Assembly (NCBI GenBank): GCA_045589295.1
Contig: JAZNOU010000012.1
Location: 96,001-160,000, forward strand
Source of the DNA: Clostridia bacterium
GTDB lineage: Bacteria > Bacillota > Clostridia > RGIG6154
Reading direction: 5' to 3'
DNA length: 64,000 nucleotides
Part shown: positions 18,078 through 25,355 of the stretch, one piece after another
Position numbering within the stretch: the stretch's first letter is position 1
Layout of the letters: every line of letters begins with the position of its first letter
Made by a program: the position numbers and the translations under genes
Notes under the pieces: model-generated
Told to the model about the DNA's origin: nothing
Seen by the model: the letters and a program-made list of their open reading frames with translations, nothing else
The model's database searches: none

Positions 18078-18659
18078 CTAATATATTGCAGCTATTCCTG
18101 CAATATCGTCGTCTGTTATAGTTCTTGTTTCACCAGGATTTAAGTAAGCGTACATAACGGCTGAACTAATATTGGTATGTTCTAAACCTAATAAATGACC
18201 TAATTCATGAGTTATTGCAGTTTGTGTATTAAATGATGTAGTTGCTGTTCCCCAGTCACAACTTACATTTATATCTATATCGGCTTCATAAATTGTTTCT
18301 GTTGTTATAGATTTTTGGATATAATAAGTCTGCATTAAATATGTTTCATTATATGATCCTCTATAACCTTTAGTTATTTCATTTGTGTTATTTTTAAGTG
18401 GGTACATTGTGTTAGAATGAGTTGCAGTATTGCGATATACTAACGCACTACTATGTGTTCCATTCCATGCAACGCATGAGTTATGGATAGCTGATAAAGT
18501 TGCGTTAGAGAAGCCGTCATAACATTTAACATAGGTAGGAACAGGGTCAAACCCTGAAGAATAACCAATATTATAAGCGTGTCCAACATATATTGTTCCA
18601 AATATTGCAATAAGCAAAATAATGATTGTTATATATAACTTGATCTTTTGCATTTTCAT
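18078..18659 (-). CDS. Secreted matrixin-like (M10) zinc metalloprotease
   Basis: Signal peptide; HELGHLLGLEH (HEXXHXXGXXH), Met-turn SAVMY, C-terminal DDIAGIAAIY as in MMP catalytic domains. Confidence 0.88.
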   Translation of the reverse strand: MKMQKIKLYITIIILLIAIFGTIYVGHAYNIGYSSGFDPVPTYVKCYDGFSNATLSAIHNSCVAWNGTHSSALVYRNTATHSNTMYPLKNNTNEITKGYRGSYNETYLMQTYYIQKSITTETIYEADIDINVSCDWGTATTSFNTQTAITHELGHLLGLEHTNISSAVMYAYLNPGETRTITDDDIAGIAAIY

Positions 18660-18745
18660 ATTTTTTTCCTGTATAAGTTTTGTTATATTTTATTATAAGC
18701 CAAGTTTTATTTATTCCACATGACACATTATCACACCTTTCAAAT

Positions 18746-18782
18746 AAAAAGCACAAGTCAATCTTTGAGACTGACTTGTGCT
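18746..18782 (-). terminator. Intrinsic terminator/attenuator upstream of the protease
   Basis: AGCACAAGTCA...TGACTTGTGCT hairpin plus T run on the minus strand. Confidence 0.8.
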
Positions 18783-18808
18783 AAATCTTATGGTTAATGT
18801 TTTTATTT

Positions 18809-18886
18809 TTAATAACTTATATAAGGAACATAACGATGATTTAAATTAAACAAGCCAATCCGTTTTGAAGTAAACAATAAAACCAT
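18809..18886 (-). CDS. Putative 25-aa leader/small peptide
   Basis: GGAGGT RBS, then MVLLFTSKRIGLFNLNHRYVPYISY*; lies between a consensus promoter and a terminator. Confidence 0.45.
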   Translation of the reverse strand: MVLLFTSKRIGLFNLNHRYVPYISY

Positions 18887-18931
18887 CGTTAACACCTCCA
18901 GTACAACTGTTTGGTTTCTCTATCTAGTTAA

Positions 18932-18960
18932 AATATAGCATATCTTTCATTAAATGTCAA
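18932..18960 (-). promoter_or_regulatory. SigA-type promoter
   Basis: TTGACA-17bp-TGcTATATT on the minus strand. Confidence 0.7.
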
Positions 18961-19023
18961 TAATTAATATTGCAGTGGTAGACAAAAATCTGTCCTTGTA
19001 CTATTTATTCTGCATATTTAAAT

Positions 19024-19293
19024 TTACGGCTTACAAACTGTGCAAGGCGTAAGTCCCGCTTTGATTGCATCAGATGTTTTTATGGCAGTTATGTACCCTT
19101 TATGTCTGCAACTGTTTCTGTGGTACTGCTTGTTTCCTTTTGCCTTATAAACAATTTTGTCTGTAGTTCTTTTCCCGTTTATCCTTGTGTTATGTATTGG
19201 CGTGTTTAGTGTTACCTCGCTGTTTTTACTTTCGCAGCCTACACAGCTTGATATTGTTATCATAAGTAAAAGTAAACTTAAAACTTTTCTCAT
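19024..19293 (-). CDS. Small lipoprotein with Ada-like Zn-binding domain
   Basis: GGAGGAG RBS, lipobox CVGC, YHRNSC...AIKAGLTPCTVCKP. Confidence 0.75.
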   Translation of the reverse strand: MRKVLSLLLLMITISSCVGCESKNSEVTLNTPIHNTRINGKRTTDKIVYKAKGNKQYHRNSCRHKGYITAIKTSDAIKAGLTPCTVCKP

Positions 19294-19358
19294 ATAACTC
19301 CTCCCTTTAAATAAAGTATACCATAATTTCTAAAAAACTCCAATGGAAAAACATTCCT

Positions 19359-19436
19359 TTAAAGCAGGTTTCTCAGTGTTGTCAGCACAGCAAGGAAAAG
19401 CAACACTAAAAGCATAATTTTTAAAATCCGTTTCAT
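19359..19436 (-). CDS. 25-aa hydrophobic peptide or frameshifted lipoprotein remnant
   Basis: AAGGAGG RBS, then MKRILKIMLLVLLFLAVLTTLRNLL*. Confidence 0.45.
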   Translation of the reverse strand: MKRILKIMLLVLLFLAVLTTLRNLL

Positions 19437-19557
19437 AATTTGTCCTCCTTAACCAATTATATTAAAATTTTAGAGGATTATTAGCATTTACCTTGAAAAA
19501 ATATGTAAAATGGTATATACTAATAAAAAAGTATAATTGTATTAAGCAGAGGTAGTT

Positions 19558-20616
19558 ATGATTTTAGAAAAAACCGAAAAAAACTTAAGAGAATATGAAG
19601 AATTTGTAAAGAATTGCCCCAAAGGTCATTTTGCGCAAACGCCTATGTGGGCAAAGCTAAAGGACAACTGGAAAAATGAGATTGTTGTAAGCTATGATGA
19701 TGAGGGAAAAATCAACGGTGCAATGAGCATACTCATAAGAAAAGTGCCTGTTTTCAAAAGCACGCTTATGTATAGTCCGCGCGGACCTGTTTGCGATGTT
19801 CACAACAAAGAAATTCTTAAAAATCTTTTAGAAGGTGCGAAAACCTTAGCTAAAAAATATAATGCTTACGTTTTAAAGCTTGACCCAGATGTAAAAATCT
19901 CGGATACAGAATTTTTAGATATTATGAAAGACCTTGGGTTTAAGGTTAAGAGCGCGGGCAAAAACTTTGAAGGTATTCAGCCTAAATTCGTATTTCGCCT
20001 TGATGTTGAGGGAAAAACCGAGGACGAAATCTTTGCTGCATTTCATAACAAAACCAGATATAATATAAGAGTGGCTATCAAAAACGGAGTAACCACTTCA
20101 ATCGGCACAAGAGATGATTTAAAAAGATTTCACGAAATTATGGTTGAAACAGGTGCACGTGACGAATTTGTTATTCGCCCGCTGGAATACTTTGAAAAAA
20201 TGTATGATGCAATGGCGCCGACTGATAATTTAAGGCTTTATCTTGCACATTATGACGGAAAAATAATTTCTGGAACAATCGCTATAAAATACGGCGATAA
20301 GGTATGGTATCTTTATGGTGCAAGTTCTAACAGCTATCGTAATGTTATGCCAAACTACCTTTTGCAGTGGGAAATGATTAAGTGGGCAATAGAACAAAAA
20401 TGCAGAATTTATGATTTCCGCGGTGTTTCGGGCGATCTGAGCGAAGACAATCCGCTTTATGGACTTTACAGATTTAAAAAAGGTTTTTCGGGTGAATTTA
20501 CCGAGTTTGCAGGAGATATTGACTATGCTTTCAACCCTTTGATGAAGCTGATGGTCGAAAAAGGTGAACCTGTTTTCAGAAAAGTTAGAAGAAAGGTAAT
20601 GCTTTTAAAGAAATGA
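19558..20616 (+). CDS. FemAB/FemX/MurM-family peptidoglycan bridge aminoacyltransferase
   Basis: HFAQTPMWAKLK, YSPRGPV, KTRYNIR, YLYGASS, NYLLQW, YDFRG and GLYRFKKGF motifs. Confidence 0.92.
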   Translation: MILEKTEKNLREYEEFVKNCPKGHFAQTPMWAKLKDNWKNEIVVSYDDEGKINGAMSILIRKVPVFKSTLMYSPRGPVCDVHNKEILKNLLEGAKTLAKKYNAYVLKLDPDVKISDTEFLDIMKDLGFKVKSAGKNFEGIQPKFVFRLDVEGKTEDEIFAAFHNKTRYNIRVAIKNGVTTSIGTRDDLKRFHEIMVETGARDEFVIRPLEYFEKMYDAMAPTDNLRLYLAHYDGKIISGTIAIKYGDKVWYLYGASSNSYRNVMPNYLLQWEMIKWAIEQKCRIYDFRGVSGDLSEDNPLYGLYRFKKGFSGEFTEFAGDIDYAFNPLMKLMVEKGEPVFRKVRRKVMLLKK

Positions 20617-21701
20617 TTAAATACGTTGTTGATAAAGATATTTTAAGAGAAAATATAAGCATTATAAAATCCCTTGCAGGCACAACTCCTGTAATTGCAG
20701 TTTTAAAATGTAACGGCTACGGTTTGGGAACAGTTGAGCTTGCCAAGTTTTTGCTTTATCGTGGGATTGAGATTTTTGGCGTTTCTGATTTGAGTGAGGC
20801 GCTCACTTTAAGAAAAGCGGGCATTTTAAATGAAATAATTCTGCTTTCTTCAAATGCAGTTCCTGAGGACAACGAAAAGATTGTTGAAAATGATATTATA
20901 GCAACAGTCGGCTCAACAGATGCGGCAAAGGCGCTTGATGAGGTAGGCAAAAAGCTTGGCAAAACACCAAAGGCGCATATTAAAATTAATACAGGCATGG
21001 GAAGATATGGCTTTAACTGCGAGGATTTATTGTGGGTTAACGAGCTTAAAAAAACCGAGATTGATTTTTGCGGAACATTTACACATTTCTCGTTTTCTTT
21101 TTCGAAAGATGAAAAAGATGTGTCAAATCAGCTTGCAAAGTTTAAGACATGCATTAAAAAATTAAGACAAGCAGGTTTTGAAACAGGTGTTGTTCATGCT
21201 GCAAATTCACACGCGTTTTTAAAATATCCCAAAACCCATCTGGATGCCGTGCGTGTTGGCTCTGCATTTTTGGGCAGAGTAAATGGCGCTAAGGCATACG
21301 GACTTAAACCTGTCGGCTTTTTAGAAAGCAAAGTAAGCGATATAAATCACCTGAAAAAAGGCGAAAATATCGGATACGGAAACACATATAAAGCAAAAAG
21401 AGATATGAAAATTGCAATTGTTCCTGTTGGGTTTTCTAACGGATATGGAACAGAAAAATCAAGAGATACCTTTCGCATAAGGGATATTTTAAGGTATATT
21501 TTAAGTGACATTATCCCTAAGAAAAAGCATGTTAAGATAAATGGCAATGCCTATAAACTTGTTGGAAGGGTTGCAACGCTTAATGTTATTGCCGATGTAA
21601 CGGGTTCTGATGTAAAGCCAGGCGATAAAGTTGTTTTAAGCGCAAATCCGCTTCTTGTAGATTCCGGCGTGGAAAGAGAATTCAGGGGACTTGACTTGTA
21701 A
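20613..21701 (+). CDS. Alanine racemase-family PLP enzyme (atypical)
   Basis: AVLKCNGYGLG PLP-lysine motif, HIKINTGMGRYG, FTHF, AANS, VRVG, IGYG; ATGA overlap with the fem gene. Confidence 0.85.
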   Translation: MIKYVVDKDILRENISIIKSLAGTTPVIAVLKCNGYGLGTVELAKFLLYRGIEIFGVSDLSEALTLRKAGILNEIILLSSNAVPEDNEKIVENDIIATVGSTDAAKALDEVGKKLGKTPKAHIKINTGMGRYGFNCEDLLWVNELKKTEIDFCGTFTHFSFSFSKDEKDVSNQLAKFKTCIKKLRQAGFETGVVHAANSHAFLKYPKTHLDAVRVGSAFLGRVNGAKAYGLKPVGFLESKVSDINHLKKGENIGYGNTYKAKRDMKIAIVPVGFSNGYGTEKSRDTFRIRDILRYILSDIIPKKKHVKINGNAYKLVGRVATLNVIADVTGSDVKPGDKVVLSANPLLVDSGVEREFRGLDL

Positions 21702-21718
21702 TACAATATTTTAAATAT

Positions 21719-21753
21719 AAACAGGGACTGTTGATTTTTACAGTCCCTGTTTT
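21719..21753. terminator. Bidirectional terminator
   Basis: AAACAGGGACTG...CAGTCCCTGTTT. Confidence 0.85.
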
Positions 21754-21783
21754 GTAATTTGAATATGAAAAGACACTTTATTT

Positions 21784-22611
21784 TTACTTTATTGGTGATT
21801 TGCTTGCAGAGGCTTTATACTTGCTTGGGGTAATCCCAAAAGCCTTTTTAAAACTTTGGGTATAGTGGTTTTGCGAAGAATAGGACAAAATTTCCGAAAC
21901 CTCGCATATAGGGATATCGCTTTTAAGCAGTTCTTTTGAGTATTCGAGTTTTAATGAATTAAAGTGGTGGATTGCCCCGTTTCCTGTATACTTTTTAAAC
22001 ACCTTTTTTAAGTTTGCAACACTGGTGTTGGAGTATTTTGCAATCTCGTCTATTGTAATGTTGCGCCTTATGTTTGAGTTCATAAAGTGAAGTGCTTTGT
22101 AAAAAATATCACCTGTTGTTGAACTAAAAACAGATGCCTCACGGCGCTGTCTTAATAGCGAAAGAACAAGGCACTCGATTAAGTTTTTAAGCATCTGGCC
22201 GGTGCCGAATGGCGCAGTTTCGGTATCGCTTCCAACCCAAGGAAGGCCTTCTGACAAAATTCTTTCTATGTAAATAAAGTCTGTTTGCGAGATGTTGTAA
22301 ACCGCGTTGTCAGGAATTTTAGCAGAAAATGTCTGCATATCAAACGACATAACCAAAAGGCGCGCTTTCTCTTGTCCCACAACCCAGTTTTTGTGAAAAC
22401 AGTCAGGCTTTATGATAAATGCCTGCCCTTTTTTTAGTTCAAAAAGTTTGTCGTCTGCGGTTGTACCTACAGAGCCTTCCAAAACAATATTAATTTCGTA
22501 AAATGGGTGCGTTTCTCCGTAAAAAATGTAGTCTTTTTGCAGAGAAAGGTCATATAAAGTGTAAATCGAAGAAACAGAAATCACAGGGTCAAGTATTTTT
22601 TTTGAACGCAT
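21784..22611 (-). CDS. AraC-family transcriptional regulator (cupin plus HTH)
   Basis: GETHPFYE cupin motif; C-terminal LKKVFKKYTG...YSSQNHYTQSFKKAFGITPSKY; start MRSKK after GAGGTGA. Confidence 0.9.
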   Translation of the reverse strand: MRSKKILDPVISVSSIYTLYDLSLQKDYIFYGETHPFYEINIVLEGSVGTTADDKLFELKKGQAFIIKPDCFHKNWVVGQEKARLLVMSFDMQTFSAKIPDNAVYNISQTDFIYIERILSEGLPWVGSDTETAPFGTGQMLKNLIECLVLSLLRQRREASVFSSTTGDIFYKALHFMNSNIRRNITIDEIAKYSNTSVANLKKVFKKYTGNGAIHHFNSLKLEYSKELLKSDIPICEVSEILSYSSQNHYTQSFKKAFGITPSKYKASASKSPIK

Positions 22612-22751
22612 AATCTCACCTCGAAAAGTAGCCGAATTTATAAATCTTGTAGCTAAATAAGTGTAGATTTTTGGCAAAAAATCTATTACAATTATTATGA
22701 TAACAAGTAAAATTTTGTTTGTCAATAGTTTTTTATAAAGGTGAGGTATTT

Positions 22752-24026
22752 ATGAAAAAAGTTAAAGTTGTTTTAATTGGTGCAGGTCTTCGTGGCATGG
22801 GGTATGCCAAGATAATGGCGGCAAGTCCGGAAAAATTCGAAATTGTTGCTGTAGCAGAACCTATTGAAAGCAGAAGAAATTTAATTAAGGAAATGTATAA
22901 CATTCCTGAAGATAAGTGCTTTGATGATTACAAGCCTCTTTTAGAGCTTGGCAAAATTGCAGATATCGCAGTTATTGCAAATCAGGATCGTCAGCATTTT
23001 GACTGTGCAATGATGGCAATTACATTAAAGTATGATCTTTTGCTTGAAAAACCGATTGCACCAACACCTGAAGAGTGCGTAAAGCTTGCAGCTTACGCAA
23101 AAGAAATGGGCGTAAGGGTTATTATTTGCCACGTTTTGAGATTTACACCATTTTTTGTTACTCTTAAAAATATTATTGACAGTGGAAAAATCGGTAAGCT
23201 TATGAACATTCATCACATGGAAAGCGTTGGAAATGTTCATCACAGCCACAGCTTCACAAGAGGTAACTGGGGCAATTCAGAAAGATCAAGCACAATGCTT
23301 TTGCAGAAAACCTGTCATGATATGGACATTTTGCAGTGGCTTGTTGGCAAAAAATGCAAAAAGGTAAGCTCATTCGGTAACCTTACATACTTTACACAGG
23401 CAAATGCTCCTGAGGGCTCAGCAGACAGATGCCTGGATTGTAAATATCAGGATACATGCCGTTTCAGTGCTAAAAAACTTTACTTAGAAAGTGATGACAA
23501 CGAATGGTTCAGACCAGCTTGTGCAAGAAAAGTAGAACCTACAGATGAAGATATTTTAGAAGCACTTAACACAACACAGTATGGCAAATGTGTGTATAAG
23601 TGTGATAATGACGTTGTTGACCATCAGGTTGTTAATATGGAATTTGAAGATGATATTTTGTGTGCATTTACAATGTCATCCTTTGGCGAAAGCGGCAGAT
23701 TTATAAACGTTATGGGAACAGAGGGCAACATCAATGTGAAGATGGAAGATGCGTCTGAGAAAATTCCTGTTTATAACTTTAACACATGGAAAACTGAGTA
23801 CGTTGACGTTGTTCAGGATGGTCTTAGCATGGGTTCACACAGCGGTGGTGACACAGGTATCATTGAAACACTTTATCAGTTTATCACAGGTACATACCAG
23901 GGTAAATCAATTTGCACAATCGAACAGTCAAAAGATAATCATATGATTGTTTTTGCGGCAGAAAAAGCGAGAGAAACAGGAACTATCGTTGACGTTGACG
24001 AATTTGTAAAAGATTATCAGTATTAA
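22752..24026 (+). CDS. Gfo/Idh/MocA-family NAD-dependent oxidoreductase (copy 1)
   Basis: IGAGLRG, LLEKP, HSFTRGNW, KTCHDMD and HSGGD motifs; ATG at 22752 after GAGGT. Confidence 0.9.
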   Translation: MKKVKVVLIGAGLRGMGYAKIMAASPEKFEIVAVAEPIESRRNLIKEMYNIPEDKCFDDYKPLLELGKIADIAVIANQDRQHFDCAMMAITLKYDLLLEKPIAPTPEECVKLAAYAKEMGVRVIICHVLRFTPFFVTLKNIIDSGKIGKLMNIHHMESVGNVHHSHSFTRGNWGNSERSSTMLLQKTCHDMDILQWLVGKKCKKVSSFGNLTYFTQANAPEGSADRCLDCKYQDTCRFSAKKLYLESDDNEWFRPACARKVEPTDEDILEALNTTQYGKCVYKCDNDVVDHQVVNMEFEDDILCAFTMSSFGESGRFINVMGTEGNINVKMEDASEKIPVYNFNTWKTEYVDVVQDGLSMGSHSGGDTGIIETLYQFITGTYQGKSICTIEQSKDNHMIVFAAEKARETGTIVDVDEFVKDYQY

Positions 24027-24060
24027 TTCTATAAATAACCTTCGCGGAGGTGTATGGATT

Positions 24061-25323
24061 ATGAATAAAGTTAAGGTGATTTTAATTGGCGCAAGCACAA
24101 GAGGTATAATTTATACCGATATTATGGCAAACCATCCTGATAAATTCCAGGTGGTTGCAGTAGCAGACCCGTCGAAAACCCGCAGAGATTACATAAAAGA
24201 AACTCACGGGATTTCAGACGATATGTGCTTTGACGATTACAAACCGCTTTTAGCACTTGGTAAAATTGCAGACGTTGCAGTGATTGCAACACAAGACCGC
24301 CTGCATTTTGAACCTGCAATGATGGCGATTTCTTTAAAATATGACCTTTTGCTTGAAAAACCGATTGCTCCAACTCCCGAAGAGTGTGTACAAATTGCAA
24401 GAAAAGCAAACGAAATGGGGTCAAAGGTTATAATCTGCCATGTCCTAAGATTTACACCGTTTTTTAATACTTTAAAAGATATTATTGACAGCGGAAAAAT
24501 CGGCAGAATTATAAACATCGACCATGTCGAAGGTGTTGGAAATGACCATTACGCCCACAGCTTTGTAAGAGGCAACTGGAGCAACAGCAAAGTGTCAAGT
24601 CCGATGCTTTTGCAAAAATCCTGCCACGATATAGATATTTTGCAGTGGCTTATCGGAAAGCAGTGCAAAAGAGTAAGCTCAGTAGGCATGCTTACTTATT
24701 TTAAAGAAGAAAATGCCCCTAAGGGCTCTGCAGAAAGATGCATGGATTGCAAGTATCAAGACACTTGCGGATACAGTGCTAAAAAGAAATATCTTGAAAG
24801 TGACGATAACACATGGATAAGACCTGCGTGCACAAACACAGTAAATCCAAGCGATGAAGAAGTTTTGCATGCCCTTAACACAACCACGTGGGGCAAGTGC
24901 GTGTTCAGGTGCGACAACGATGTAGTTGACCATCAGGTTGTAACTATGGAATTTGAAGATGACATTTTGTGTTCATTTACAATGTCAGGTTTTGCAGGCA
25001 TGGAAAGACATCTCTTTATTATGGGTACTGAGGGCGACATTAAAACAACCGCGACATCTGATAAAATTGCAGTTCACAATCACATAACAAACCAAACCGA
25101 ATATATTTCGCTTCCCGATGATGCACAAGAGAGTGCTCATGGCGGCGGTGATATAGGCATAGTTGATGCCCTTTACGAAGTTGTAAATGGAACATATAAA
25201 GGAAAATCAGTATGCTCAATCGAACAATCCAAAGACAACCATATGATAGTTTTTGCAGCCGAAAAAGCAAGAGAACAAGCCGTATGGATTGATATGGACG
25301 AGTACCTAAAAAGTTTTAACTAA
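24061..25323 (+). CDS. Gfo/Idh/MocA-family NAD-dependent oxidoreductase (copy 2, tandem paralogue)
   Basis: IGASTRG, LLEKP, HSFVRGNW, KSCHDID and HGGGD motifs; colinear with copy 1. Confidence 0.9.
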   Translation: MNKVKVILIGASTRGIIYTDIMANHPDKFQVVAVADPSKTRRDYIKETHGISDDMCFDDYKPLLALGKIADVAVIATQDRLHFEPAMMAISLKYDLLLEKPIAPTPEECVQIARKANEMGSKVIICHVLRFTPFFNTLKDIIDSGKIGRIINIDHVEGVGNDHYAHSFVRGNWSNSKVSSPMLLQKSCHDIDILQWLIGKQCKRVSSVGMLTYFKEENAPKGSAERCMDCKYQDTCGYSAKKKYLESDDNTWIRPACTNTVNPSDEEVLHALNTTTWGKCVFRCDNDVVDHQVVTMEFEDDILCSFTMSGFAGMERHLFIMGTEGDIKTTATSDKIAVHNHITNQTEYISLPDDAQESAHGGGDIGIVDALYEVVNGTYKGKSVCSIEQSKDNHMIVFAAEKAREQAVWIDMDEYLKSFN

Positions 25324-25353
25324 AAAAGCGATGCTTTAAGCATCGCTTTTTTT
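25322..25353. terminator. Bidirectional terminator
   Basis: AAAAAAGCGATGCT-tta-AGCATCGCTTTTTT. Confidence 0.88.
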
Positions 25354-25355
25354 AG

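Noticed and set aside
22612-22751. N-terminal extensions of AraC (to 22725) and the oxidoreductase (from 22719)
   Set aside because: Better RBS-linked ATGs at 22611 and 22752; the region is the shared divergent promoter.
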